DNA of 64,000 bases from Podarcis erhardii. Taxonomy: Eukaryota. Made by a program: the position numbers and the translations under genes. The notes under the pieces are model-generated. The model searched no databases, was not told where the DNA came from, and was given only the letters and a program-made list of their open reading frames with translations. Positions 49,783 through 63,594 of this stretch are shown here, one piece after another; the stretch's first letter is position 1; every line of letters starts with the position of its first letter. The stretch lies in NCBI GenBank assembly GCA_964252035.1, contig OZ176211.1, one strand, 5' to 3'.

Positions 49783-52700
49783 ATTTATGGCTTACTGTGA
49801 ATGAGCAACCATCACTTCTGCTTCTGGCCAGGAGAAATGAGCCCTCGTAGCAAGGCAGCACTTGTGGCTTGTTTCTCCCAAACAACCACATGCAGTAAGC
49901 TAGTAACAAAACAACAGGCACTGATGTTCCTGCAATGCTAAGCTAGTTTCCTTCCCACCCACTGTGACAACAACAGAGACGGGAGAAGCTAAGTGGGGAT
50001 TTTCAAGCAGTGTGCACCAGCACTTTGCTCATTCACATTAAACCATAGTTTACTTTTAACCATGATTCAATGTGACGTGCAAATCAGACCATAGTGGGGT
50101 GAGGAATGAAGCACTTTTGGGAGCAACCCGTGCTTTTGCCCTTCAGTTGAAAAACATTTCACCTCTGGTGCATTTCTTCCAGTGGGTGTTACTCTCAGGG
50201 CCCTACCATGAGAAAAAACATCTGAACTGAAGCAGCAAGTTGTCTTGGTGCCAGAAATTGTCAGGGAGAATGTGGCTTCAACTTTCATCTTTTCTACCCA
50301 TTCACTCAAAATATCTTCTGCCCCATCCCCTGCTTCCTATTAACTGGGCAGAAGAAATTGCTTCGTACACCAGGGGCAAATATGGCTGTATCATATCAGA
50401 TTTTGTAGGCATGGTTCAGACATAACTGTTTCAATCTAATGAACAATGGCTGTGAAGACAATAGGTTTTTTAAAGCCACAGTTTCTCATTAAATCAGACA
50501 AGTATGGTTTAACCTCTTGAGTGCAAACTACAACATAAATGGGGAATCTGATCCTGGTTCACACATTATGAAGTGCAAGGAACGAGAGGTGGTGGGGAGC
50601 ATGTTCCTGATCAAATAAGCTATAATTTTTTAGACCAAGAGAGTTATGTCTGGTCTGTGCCTATGGTGAATGAACATGGTATGATGAAGCTGCCATTGCC
50701 CATGATGTTCACAGTAATTTCTTTGTCCAATTTTCAGGTTTTTGTAGTTCTTCAAAAACCTATTTTCCCAAAGAGAACAAGACAGGAAAAAAAATAAGTC
50801 TGTGCACCATATGGGCAGCGATGGCTCTATCATGCCACCTTCAACTCTCCAGGAAAGAAGCCTCCAGGTCCTTAATTTATTTTATGTGTTTACTTCAAAT
50901 GTCTTGTTCTCTAACGTATAAAAGAAACTGGTTGAATTTGGAAAATACACCAACCTTACCAGAAAACAAGCTAGCATTTAAAAACTGGTGGGTGGGGGCT
51001 AGTTTTCAACTTTAAGAACTTTATATATAAATAACCAGCACCCTGAGAATTCTGATTTGGAAATTGTCTAAAGTCTCCACACGAGTAATAGATGCCTCTT
51101 TGAAACCATGCCATAGTTAGCTTTATTATGTTGTTTGTTATATTTGTGTTGAAAAAATATTATGTATATTTACAGTTTTCCCTTTACAAACATTAATTTC
51201 GTTTGTTTCTTCAGCAGCTCTTAGGCATTGTTGTTCAGTGTAAACTATTTCTTTCATTCTTTAAAACATTTTTTTATTGCATCTTTTGCTTGTAGTCTCC
51301 ATGATGGCTTGTTTTTACCATGCTTGGTAGTGACAGCAGATATTTCAGCTTTCTACAGTCTTTCTAACTTTTCTGGGAAAGGATGACTTCTGGGGAATAC
51401 AAGTGCTCTGTAACTTTGGCGGTTCACATGTGTCATCAGAGTTTAAAAACAAGCCATGGTTAATTGTGAAATCATACTAAACCATAGTTTGTTTATAACA
51501 AGGGTATACAAACCACACTTATATTTTGATTTGCTTATACTTTTGAATCACTTTCCTTCTTGTGGTGGCATCAAGAGTCATCTCGGCGGGAAACAACAAT
51601 ATTGTGAAGTTGTACCACGAAAAATGTTTTCTGCGTGGTTTAATCTGAGCCGTTGGTTTGTTTGGAGTTTGGTAGCTGGGAAGGAGGAGTTCCTTTCAGC
51701 CAGGCTGACCAGTGATGCTTTGTAAGCTAGCTATTCCCTGTACCATGCACCCCTCTTGATTCACCTTAGAGGTATTTGCTCTGTACACTTTTTCATTAAG
51801 CTAGCTTCTCCAGGTGATGAATAATCAGAACCTTCACATAAGCAGAACAGTGGTGCAGTTAGGCCACTTTAGACTTTGTCTTACATGATACTGTGTATAA
51901 TTTCCCTTACTTTAATATGTGGTAAGCCAGGCATCTTGCATTGCGGCCAAGGGGAGGGATGGACGGATGGGGCTTCCTGCTCATTCTTCTGAGTGGGGAT
52001 TTCTCTCCCTGATAGTACCATTGGTACATTAATAAACAACATTTTTAAAAACCAAAGGCTCGCTAACTGGGATTTTGCCCTTCCCAACCATTGTTTGACA
52101 TGTAGAAAGTACATTGCTAGTCCCCTTGTTCAAAATTCTTAGACTTATTCTCACATAAGATAAGCAAATCTTTTTGTTCAAAGGTAATTTAAAGGAGCAG
52201 GGGATATATTCTGTTAGCTTTTCCCCCTTACAGTCTCTGTCATGAAGTACTTACTTTAATATATGTTGAATTGGGTTAATCTGTATATAAATGTGATTTT
52301 AAATGCTATCTCTCAGTGGTATAAAATCAAATTGACATTTAAATTTATTTTTTGCTAAAGTATCAAACCTTATGTTTATTTTGCTAGTTCTTTATGTGAT
52401 GAAATGGAATTAAATCAGTTTTGAAAATGCATGGTAAAGTGAAGGCAGCTACTTGTGAAAAAATATGTCTCAGTTTAATGTACTTTTCTTCCTGTTAGCC
52501 GCTGCCATGTAGTTTACTTATATTGTATAATGTAAATGTCCTTTGACCTAAGCAGTGCAGTTTTACTTGAAATAAGAGTAACAGAGATCAATGGGATTTA
52601 TGCCCAAAAACAGAGCACAGGATTGCAGCCTTTTGACAAAACAAACACACCACTTCTTATAAAGGTGGTTTTTTCAGAGGTATCGAAGCAGTCTTCAACA

Positions 52701-53363
52701 AGAAGAACTAGGAAAACTGTTTCATTATTTTCTTCGTTCTGGCTTATTTATTTGTCACTTGTTTTCTACCCATCCTCCCATAAGGGAGTTCAGGGCAGCT
52801 AACAGCATAATTAAACAACACAGATAATACAATGCAATTAATAATCTAACATATTCAGAAAAACAGCAGCAGCGAAAATTTCCAGTATAGGTCCTGACAC
52901 CAATGAAGCCCAGTGAGTTTTCCCAATACTCCTAACTGTGGTCCAGGTGGTGGACTTGGGCGGGAGTTTATAGTGCCATCACTGAAAACATCCTCTCTTA
53001 TGTTCCTGCTTTTCTTACCTCTCCAACAGGTGGGATGATGAGCAGGAAGCATTCTACAGATTGTAAAAACTTAGCACAGAAAATAGCTAAGGTTGAATTT
53101 TAAAACCTAAAAACATTTGAAAGCCTTCAGAGTGCAAATTATGTTTCTGTAAATACTTCTTTACAAATTCAAATTGAGGGGAAAAATAAGTCAACATACA
53201 GTAAACAAAGTATCTGAATATGTGAGGGAAATGCTGCAAGCACTTATGTCCTTATCCAGAATCTCATGTGTGCTGTGATACTTATTTATTACATGTTAGT
53301 GGCTGCATGCCATCTTTACTTCATCATTACCAAATGGTTTATTTCAATTAATTTAGAAGTGTG

Positions 53364-53614
53364 CAGTCATACCTTTGATCCCGAAAGCCCTGGAACTCGG
53401 ACATTATGGCTCCTGAACTCCACAAACCCAGAAGTGATTGTTCCAGCTTGTGAACGTTCTTTTGGAACCTGAACGTCTGACGGGGATTCCGCTGCTTCTG
53501 ATTGGCTGCAGGAGCTTCCTGCAGCCAATCAGAAGCCGTGATTTGGTTTCCGAACATTTTGCAAGTCGAACAGACTTCTGGAACGGATTCCGTTTGACTT
53601 CCAAGGTACGACTG
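53364..53614 (-). mobile_element. Tigger/pogo-like MITE (second family, copy 2, inverted)
   Basis: cagtcatacct…aggtacgactg followed by TA. Near reverse complement of 46238-46474. Confidence 0.85.
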
Positions 53615-53979
53615 TATCACCACAAAGCATTTGAATCTTTCGCTACGCCATCTGCAAGATTTGGCCTAAACAGTCAAATCTGGATTTGGACACTTGAAAT
53701 CTGTCATAGACTCTATCTAGAGTGTGTCTACAAAGATTCCCTTCCTGTTTGAGTCTCCCTTCAGCATATTCAGCTATGCTTCAACGTATTACAGTTCTTG
53801 GAAAACTTTTAATGCACAAAGCAGAATTGTTTGCAACATTTTTAGCTGCTATAATAGTCTTAATACAAATAAGTTTCTGGACTTTGCATGTTCTGGTTGT
53901 GTTGATAACCCTTATTTTATTTTCTATGGATTTGAATTTGATACTGAATATTGAAGAAATGTATCTCTTTCTTATGTAG

Positions 53980-54097
53980 GTGCGATGAATGCAGGCTCTG
54001 CTATCATTTTGGCTGTTTGGACCCTCCCTTGAAAAAGTCTCCAAAACAAACTGGTTATGGGTGGATTTGTCAAGAGTGTGACTCTACATCCTCCAAA
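53980..54097 (+). CDS. PHF14: PHF14 internal coding exon (118 nt; remainder of PHD4, long isoform)
   Basis: Acceptor tctctttcttatgtAG, donor GTAAGT. Reads (R)CDECRLCYHFGCLDPPLKKSPKQTGYGWICQECDSTSSK. Confidence 0.97.
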
Positions 54098-56048
54098 GTA
54101 AGTTAAAAAGTCTTGTGAAAATGCAGAAAAAGTGAATGTTTAGAAGATGTTTTTCACAACTCATTGCAGGTTTATATATGAATAAGAAGGTTTCTTTTTT
54201 TAAAAAAAAAAGAATAATAAGGGCTTACTTCAATCTGTTGCTGTTATTCTGTTTTACTATTTCAAGAATAGGAAACTGCATAGCTGATTGGTTTGATAAA
54301 GAGTAATTCAATGTTCTGAAAACTATTTTCTAGTCCAAAATTATTCAGTTTTGTTGTACAGTCATTTAACTGTTGACTATTTTACACTTTTAACATTTAA
54401 TGATTGTTTACAGAGCATAGTCCAATGTTAGTATTACTCTGATGTTACAACGAAATCGATGGACTAATGTAACTTGTCCATTCAGTGGATCTGCTCTAAG
54501 TATGATTTAGTTAGATATTGCCCATATGATATTTTTGCTACGCCATTTTAAACAGTCTATGTTTTATATATTTTAGTTCATAATTAATCTGCTTTCTTCT
54601 AATCTGTAAAAACATTTAAAGAGACAGTGGACATTTAATTGGGAAAATGTGAATATAGTTTTGCTGACTCTACTTCAGAACTTCTAATATGTGTATGCAA
54701 TTAGATGGCCAGTGTACAGTTTATATAAATGGTCTGTATCCTGAAAGGGAGACTTGACCAGTATACTGTTTAAAAAGATTTATTTACTAAACGTATTTGA
54801 ATCAGTAACCATAGAAAATCCAGAAGGCAAAAATGTGTTTTTAGTTTGCAGTTTTCTTCTACAAATTAAAGAATAATTAGTTTACTGCAAAGCCAGTTAT
54901 TAATAAAATCAGTCTTCCTTAAGAAGATACAATTTTGGTATAGAATCATTTAAAGCTCACTGTGGCTTGGACATCTGAGCCTTTAAAAAGGCACTTGAAA
55001 GCAGTGTTCAGTGTCTGGATGAATTAAAACAGATATACAAATCTAGACAGCCCTTAAAACTGAAACAGTTTTTCTATAGTATGAATTTAAATTCTCTGTT
55101 AGTCACTGAGGACTTCTTGCCAAAAACATTATATCTTGAAGACACCAGAACTTTGATATGACAAAACTGTAGATTGTTGCATTGCTTTCAGCGTGGGCCA
55201 GTTTAACTACCATTTAAATGAGCAAACGGTACCAGAAAAATTGTCTTATGAGGACTCCTTGTGGCTCTGTTTAGTTACATCAGGGTTGTCATTTTAAGGC
55301 AATGTTTTAGTCATTTTGAAAAACCTCATGATCTTCTGTACAATCTGTCTTGCTGAATAAGACCTTACTTTAAGTGAACGTTGTTTTGCAAGAGCTTAGG
55401 AATTTTTATTAATGAAGCCTTTTAGTACATCTATGCCTAGTGTACCTTTTGGGTATTGTGAGTTGTGAGTTCTGCAAAGGCTTGTGCTTCCTCCAGAGAA
55501 TACTATTACCACAGGCACACTGATATTCCTACCTGGGTTAAAACCAGGGGAGGGGAGCAGGGGCGAGGAAACACTGGATCTAGCAGGCCAACTCAGTGGA
55601 TGGGGTTCAGCTCTTTCCTATCTTGCTGCTGATGCACAAGTCTCTGCTTTCCAGCCCCAAATGGCAAAGTGAGAAAGTGAGAGTAACACCATGCAGGAAA
55701 CTTTCTATTGCCTTTGCCCTTGAACTTCTTTAGATTGCGGTCTTAGCATAAAACTTACTCACATGCAAGCACAGGAAGTTGAGTGGCCATATGCATTTTC
55801 CCTGAATGACTTACAAAAGAATTGCAAACTACAGTTGCCAACACCTCCGCTTTCTTTCCACCTGTAAATCCTATTTTCAGTAAGTGTCATTTAGGTGCTA
55901 GAGCAGTGAAATAGCACTGGGTTTTTAGGTTTAGCCAAAGCAACCTTCTCCTTGTCAGCAGAGAAATCAGATTTGGAAAGTATCTTTTCCCAAATGAAGA
56001 TCAAGAAGGGAAAGTTAAATGTCTTCTCTTTCATCTAAAGCACTAGCC

Positions 56049-56184
56049 CAGTGATGACCAAACCTGGCCCTCCAGCTGTTTTGGGACTACAGTTCCCATC
56101 ATCCCTGACCACTTTGCCTGTTAGCTAGGGATGATGGGAGTTGTAGTCCCAAAACAGCTGGAGAGCCAAGTTTGGCCATCACTG
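56049..56184. mobile_element. hAT MITE, 136 bp, with intact 8-bp TSD
   Basis: TIRs cagtgatgaccaaacctggccctccagctg / cagctggagagccaagtttggccatcactg. CACTAGCC duplicated at 56041-48 and 56185-92. Confidence 0.93.
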
Positions 56185-59100
56185 CACTAGCCCAATGTAA
56201 AACGTAATGTAAATTAACAAATACTAACAATATATTGTTAGAATACACTCATCTCTGACTTTCTTTTGAATTGAAATATGTATCATTCAAGAAAAAGTAA
56301 GCCAAGACATAGTTACCAAAGATTACCCTGCCAGGATTGTCTCCTATACAATTGTATAACTAAAAAGGGTATGCATATTCTTTAGTACAAACGGTAGCCC
56401 TGTGTTCATGATGAAAATATCAGTATCAGTGAGCCACTGATTGTTGCTTGTGTCTTGATAAATTAAAAAATGTGATTTTTCAGATAAGGACAAATGCTTT
56501 TTATTTAGAGGCAGTAAATGTTGTTAAATGTTTATATTTTTCACCGATATAGACGGCATACTTTTGTTCATAATATGCCATGCAGCTCTCCTGCAATCTT
56601 GTCAAGTTATTTCCCCACCAGCATAACATATTCCCATATTACCCCAGCTGTCAAATAATGACAGTGACTTTGCTTGAGGGCACGAGGGCAGCATCTTTTC
56701 TGCTAGTAATAGCGTCACTTTTATGGAATGGGTGATACTTACCACAAAGGTCTGACAAGCTTTCTCATCTCAACAAAGTTGGAGAAAATGTGTTTTAAAA
56801 AAGAAAGGAAAAACCCCCAGCATATATACATTTCTATAACTTCCCCTCCCTTTCTTTCAAAAACGAATACTTGGTTTTTACAGAGTTGCTAACTTTCAGT
56901 GTTCTCATGATACTGAGTAGATGATATATTTGCTTCACTTTTAAGAGCCAGTTCATTTACTTTCTCAAGCATTTGTTGTCAGACGTGAATATAAATGGCA
57001 GAGCTGTCTTGGAAATAAGTTCTACTGTGTTCAGTGGAGTTACTCCGAGGTAAGCCAGCCACTTCACGGAAAACTTCTAACACAGTGCTAAGCACTAAAG
57101 GAAAGGCTCCACTTGCCCATGTATCTGTCAGCAAGCTAGAATAAGAGAGAATATTTATGTATTTTTGACTGTGTTTTAATAATTTGTCGTTAATTTGCCT
57201 CTCCGACTAGCTGCCTGTATGTGTAACTATGCGTGGGCATCGTTCAAAAATAATCTATTACAGCTAAGCAACTTCATGGAGCACTAACTGAAAACCCATT
57301 GAAAAATTAAGGCATACAGTTTCTAGGAGGAAAGTAATATTTTGATGGGTCCTGCAGAGAGTATATTATAGATCCTTATCAGATTTGTTGCAGTCCACAT
57401 GGCCAAACACCTAGCCCACATTTGGGCTGCTAAAGGGCACATTGCTCCAGTTATCTCTCTTCATCCATTGGGCACAAAACTGGGCCCTGCCAGAAGATGG
57501 GAAATTATACTTAAGGGGCTAGAAATATATAACTTGTCAGTCAAAATTAACATTGTTTTGCATTCATATTTGAAATTATAAAGCAAATTATAAAGGGCTT
57601 TTCTTGCTATTTAGTGCAGTTTACATGCAGCATTGATTATTTCACTACACTGTTAGAATACATTTAATTGGCCCTCTATTATAGGTGGGTAAAGATTAAA
57701 TATTTTATGTATCCTTTGTTCTTAGAGTATTTGTGTTAGAAGAACTTAGGCATTCTTGGTTTTCTGGAATTTGTTCCAGTGTATTTCAAATCTAGGAACT
57801 TAACTTGATAGACAACTGTGAGATGTGGAAAGCTTTTAAAAGCACAGGCTGTATTGCACACGTTTTAGTTTTAGTCAAACTCTACAGATATGTAGATGAT
57901 GCTATCCAGAACTGATGCTATCCAGTACAGATTTTATAAAGGAGCTAAAAAAATGAATACTAATAATTGTATGCATTTATATAATTGGACATCAGTAGTT
58001 TTTGTATTACTGATTTTATTAAATTCTGTTAGAATAAAGTAGAAACAGAGAGATGCCAGTTCTTTCTTATCTGTATTGATTATTCAGTTTTCACATTAAA
58101 AAAGAAATGGAGAGGATGCAGAGGCAGGGAACAGGATGTGTTCGCTACCCACATGTCTTAAGATCCAAGACATGCAAGTTCCGTGGATGGGATAATTGTG
58201 TCTTGGCTGTTTGTATGGTGGGCAGATAAGGGAGTACTACAGTCACTGCACTTGTTTCTTCTGTTGTCTCTCTGCTGTACAAAGAGCTTTGTGGTGACAG
58301 CCAGATGCCTTGGAATTGGTATATGGGTCAGTTTCAATATCATATCCAGCCATAATGTGTTGCACATGGAACTTATGGGCCATTCAGACTAGTAATCCTT
58401 ATTGGCAACATAACACCTTTATAACCAAAACAGCTTTCTTACTGAACTCCTAGCACAGAGATGGGAAACATGTCCTCCAGATGTTGCTGGACTACAACTC
58501 CCATCATTCCTGAACATTGACAAAGGACACTTAATATTTAAAAACTTGTATCCCCAGATTACATGATTTCTATGTGTCCAGGATCTACAAGGCAAAAGTT
58601 GTCTCCAGGCGCTGATGTGAGTAGTCCTAGGAATGTAGGAACTTGGTTTAACCTTGCTGCCACCAAAGCAGGCACTTTGAAAAAAAACAATGTTCAGTAG
58701 TTCAAGTCCCAGTGGTTTCTGGTGTTTCTTCATTCATTGGGTACCTCAAAGAAGTCAAAATTTTCGTTTAGTTACTCTATGACTGTTCACTTTGGATCTG
58801 ACTGAGTAACCAGTGTGCTGTTTGCAAAGCTCCTTCCCCTTAGCCTTAAGACTTCAGATATGTAGGTCCTGAAAAGAGTGTCTACTAAAAGGCTGGAGCG
58901 TCTGAGCAAAATATAAAGGGAATAAAGAACACATCCCTTGAAATTAACTGGACCCATTTTACTCTGTAGGTGAAGGGTGCACAGCGGTAGAATTTTAACA
59001 AATTACTGTAGTCCGATTGATAAAGGCATTTGAGAGGAAAACTCTTTCTAGCTCACATAATAAATATGGCTGGCTTGATGATATACCTGAATGAACAGAA

Positions 59101-61244
59101 GGCCAATAAGACAGCATTGTGTCCAGCTTGGTCTCATATTCCACAGTCAGTTTCAGCTCTGATTCCTAATAAGGGAACATACGTATTCAAGCCCTTGGAC
59201 TGCAATAACCTCTAAAAGAAGAAAACAGACTTGCTGCTTCCAGAGCCAATACAGACATCTCTATATAGAAATACTTTGATTCGCCCCTTGCCATATCCTC
59301 CTGGAATTGATCATGAAAATGCTCTGTTACCATCTTCATACATGCCAACCTGGCATGTTGTTGTTTGTATTCAGCAGTTACGCCTATCTTTTATTCTGTG
59401 TTTGGTTTTTGGCAAAAAAGAAAAAAAGATACACTTCTTTGGTGGACACTACTTTCTCACATCAGCTGATAATCTTCCTTTTTTGTGAGTAAATAGTAAC
59501 CTTTGCTATGACATATTAGGATGAAGCATTCATTCTCTTCCTGTTTCTTTCCCGTAGTCTTCCACAGTCTTGGAATCTTGATGTTTTGCTCATAGTTAAC
59601 AAAGTGTGTGCTTACCTTTCTCCCATTGAAACCAATGCAGCTTAAAAGTGCTTAACTGGATCTTGCACTGTGCTTTTCATTTCTACTAACTGCAAAATGC
59701 CTTATGTGTTAAATATAGGGTGAAGTGGATGGAATGAAACACAAGTATCAGGTAACTGTTAAAACATGTAAAACCAGATCTCTGTTATGCACTTCAAATG
59801 ATAGTGGTTGCTGGAAAAGATACATACATTTACTTTAGCATGAATACTTAAAAACAGCTTTTGAAATAATGCTAATGATTTTGCATTATGGTATCATATG
59901 TATATAAGAGCACATATCCTTAAGATAATTGTGCGTGCAGTGCAGTGTGGAGCCAGGAGAGATTACATTGAGTGGAGATGAAGCCAGGTATATCTTTTAT
60001 TACTGGCACAGTCAGTAATATTTTGCAGTACAAAGAAGCCCGTGCCATGAAATGAAAAGGAGCTTGCTTCAAGGAATGAAATAGGAGGAGCTATTGTAGG
60101 GCAAGGGTGAGCACACGTCTGTGTCTGCTACACATGGGCAAATCCTGAGATTTGTGGCTGCAGCCCCTTTGCTTGCAAGATGCTGTTGGTCATTGCAAAG
60201 TTTCCTAAACATTTCAGGCAGACTTCCCTCGCACCCCAAGGCTCATGAGTGATTTACCATACATGTGCATCAAATATGGCTGCATCCTTTTGCTTTGAAG
60301 TCCCACCATAAGGAACTGAAATTCATTAACCGGCTAAGCTTCAGGTTTTCAATCAGATCATAATCCCCTACATCCCAAAACTGCATGCCTTCATTTCTGT
60401 AGAGCATGTGTTACTCGGGGAATTAACTTATGAAAATGCCTTCACTGAGATACATGACCATTTGCACGGCCTTGTTTACCATTAATCATATTTCATCAAC
60501 TTTACCTGGTGGGGGGAACTCTACCTAGGAATTGTGATTCTCCATGCCATGTACTCTCAAGAGTCAGACAAAACCAACCGAAGCCTAGTACCTTGTACCT
60601 GGAGGGAGATATTTGATCACATAGAATAGACCCAGCTGAAGCACAGTATTGTCTATGTCCAGCTATGGGTTTGTGCTAATGAGCAGACATTTGAATAACT
60701 GCTAAACTGCCAATCTTCCAAGTATTCACTCTGCTTTCGTTGTGCACTGTCTGACTTGGCCTTAACCCCTAAGTTCTGTGCAGTAATGATGCTTTGAATG
60801 TATACCCACACACACATGTTCAGTGAGTGCTCTTGTGAAGATCTTCACAAGTAATTTTGACCTAAACACCAGTAAATTTTTGCACCAGGGTCCCTTTCCA
60901 GGGACATGGAATGTTGACATTGTAAAAATTCAAGTGCAAACTTCTGAGGGTCTGACATCCTACTATGGTGTCAGACTGTATCCAGAAGGGTCAGTCGTGT
61001 CCTATTCCTCGAAGAACAGCTAGCAGTTCTAAACTATCATCATAATGGAAATGGATCCTCATATTGGAGAATTCATTTAACCAAAGTCAAACAGCTACTG
61101 GAATATCAAAGTGTTCCAAATACTTAGTACCATAGTTCCCAGCAGCGCTCTGGTGAAAAATGTCCAAGTTCTGCCTCCCCTCTTCCCCTAGTAATGTGAT
61201 TCTCTGAAGTGTGATGCAGCTGCTTTAAAAGTGAATGAAATCTT

Positions 61245-61525
61245 AGATGTCATCCAGTGGAAGTAATAGTTCCTGTCTATTCAGCTCTGGTCAAGCTGCA
61301 TCTGGAATATTGTGCCCGGTTCTGGGTGCCACATGTGAACAAGAGCAGTTGGAAACTGATGTGTGTTCCAAGAAGGGCATCCAGGATGGTAATGGTTCTG
61401 GCAAGTCCTATTTGGGGGGGGGGGATTGAAAGAGTTGGGTAGAAGATTACAGGTAGTCATGATAATGATCTTTAAATATCTGGAGAGCTGCCATGCAGAA
61501 GAAGCAGCAGATCTATTCTCTGTTG
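61245..61525 (+). mobile_element. CR1 LINE ORF2 (RT C-terminal) fragment
   Basis: EVIVPVYSALVKLHLEYCARFWVP…RRASRMV and KELG…MIMIFKYLESCHAEEAADLFS are decayed CR1 motifs (PLYSALVRPHLEYCVQFW; FKYLKGC). Confidence 0.88.
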
Positions 61526-61750
61526 ATTCTCAACTTCTGTATATACTTAAAGGCATGTGGGTGGTTGTATTTGTAACATCATTAGCCTTTGTCTCCTGTA
61601 GCAGGAAAAATTGAAGCCCCCCTTGGGCTACTATTTTAATTTTCCACAATGCCCCAGAGAAAGCTAAATCAGAGGCATTATGGGAAGAAAATTGTAGTGG
61701 AGGTTTTAAATTGCCTGTTGCTGACCGCAGCATAGCTACCAACTATGGTA

Positions 61751-62090
61751 GGGATGCGGGTGGTGCTGTGGGTTAAACCACAGGGCCAATCAGAAGGTCG
61801 GCGGTACGAATCCTTGCGAGGGGGTGAGTTCCCATTGCTCGGTCCGTGCTCCTGCCCACCTGGCAGTTCGAAAGCACCTCAAAGTGCAAGCAGATAATAG
61901 GTATGGCTCCGGTGGGAAGGTAAACGGCGTTTCCGTGCGCTGCTCTGGTTCACCAGAAGCGGCTTAGTCATGCTGGCCACATGACCCAGAAGCTGTACGC
62001 CAGTTCCCTTGGCCAATAAAGCGAAATGAGTGCCGCAACCCCAGAGTCAGTCATGACTGGACCTAATGGTCAGGGGTCCCTTTACCTTTA
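61751..62090 (+). mobile_element. Sauria SINE, near full length
   Basis: tRNA-like head gggatgcgggtggtgctgtgggttaaacc, B-box ggtacgaatcc (61803-13), body gggaaggtaaacggcgtttccgtgcgctgctctggt…gtcatgctggccacatgacc, tail ccctttaccttta. Confidence 0.92.
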
Positions 62091-63594
62091 AAAGATAAGG
62101 GCTCTGGGACCTGCTGTCGTAAAAGAGGGCCCACAAAAGGGCACTTTTCCAGGATTCCCTAAAATCTGAAGCCAGCCCTTTTCTCACATCCTGTTTTGCT
62201 GGGCATGTAGAAAATGGATACAGCTGTTTTGACTGTCAGCAGACACTCATTCCCACTTTGAGCAATGAAGGATCAAGTGTCCTTTGCAGCAAATGCCACC
62301 ACCTGCATAATTTAGAAACACAGGTGTGGCGGGGAGAGAGAGATGGTACAGGAAGCCAAGCTTTGTCACAATGCCTCTAGTTGGCGATCCATTTCTAGAT
62401 AGTACTCATTATTTCTAATCTTATTTAAATTTTCATTTATTTATTTTTTGGATTCCATCTCATGTGATATACACAATATGTGGGCAACTCCTTTGCTTTG
62501 GTCCCATAGTTCAGGAAGCCAATTTTTCCAGAGCAGCAACACCTTTACAGCATTTTCATTTATCAAGTTTGATAGCTAAAACATGCATTTAGATTCACTT
62601 CTTTAATCTAATTTACTTGCTTGTAAGATTCGTTAGACTACATGTTTTTAAATGAGTGTACTAATAATTAAGGTCTCATGCTGACAATAGAATTATAAGC
62701 AAATTTGCCAACAAATTGTAGTTCACCATTACTACTTCCTATTAGCAACCTGTGATTGCAAAGTTTGGTTATTATTTACTTAATTGCAAGAGCCCATATT
62801 AACTTTAATAGAATGACTATTGGAAAAATAGATATGGCTCTTTTACTTAGAACCTTCCTCATAAACTGTTAAATGGCTACAAAACTTTGTATTTACTATG
62901 TAGAACACAAATGGCAATTTCAAATAGAGTTTTCCAGAAAGGAACTATCCCCCCCCCAAAAAAAAATAGTGGTAGATGAATATATATGATGCTAAGGTTT
63001 TCCAAAAGTTTAGCCCTTGAAAAATTGAGCAATTATCCAATAAGCCTTGGAAGATGATATATTAAAATATTTCAAAGACCTCATTATAATGATTTTTTTT
63101 TAAAAAAATGCAGTTGTGTGTATTTTTTCATACAACATTTTTAAATGCATCACTGTGGAAATTTGGATGTATTTGTTTTCTTTTTAAAGACATTTAGCAT
63201 GCACTAGTGATGGTGATTCACTGCCTTTTGTTTGGTATTTAAAACAGCGGCCGGATGATTGAGTGTAAAGGAAGGGTCTGGATGGAGATCATCTGTGAGG
63301 AATTCCTTGGTGTGGGAGATGAGCCATTATAGTGATATCTCTTGTGACAATCCCAGCAGTAAGAACACTGATCCATGCAGCTATAACCTCTGGCAAGAAG
63401 TCTGGAAGTTGCAACAAATTGGATTTGAAAGCAAGATTGTTTTATCATACCATCTCATAATCATTTTTACCATTGGCTGTCGTCTTTGTGTACTACATAG
63501 TGCCTAACAGCTATTTCCTGTTCCTCTATCATTTTTTACATGAAATTGTTTTTTATCGTACTTAACAGTTTAGTAGGAGATTGCAGCAGATAAG

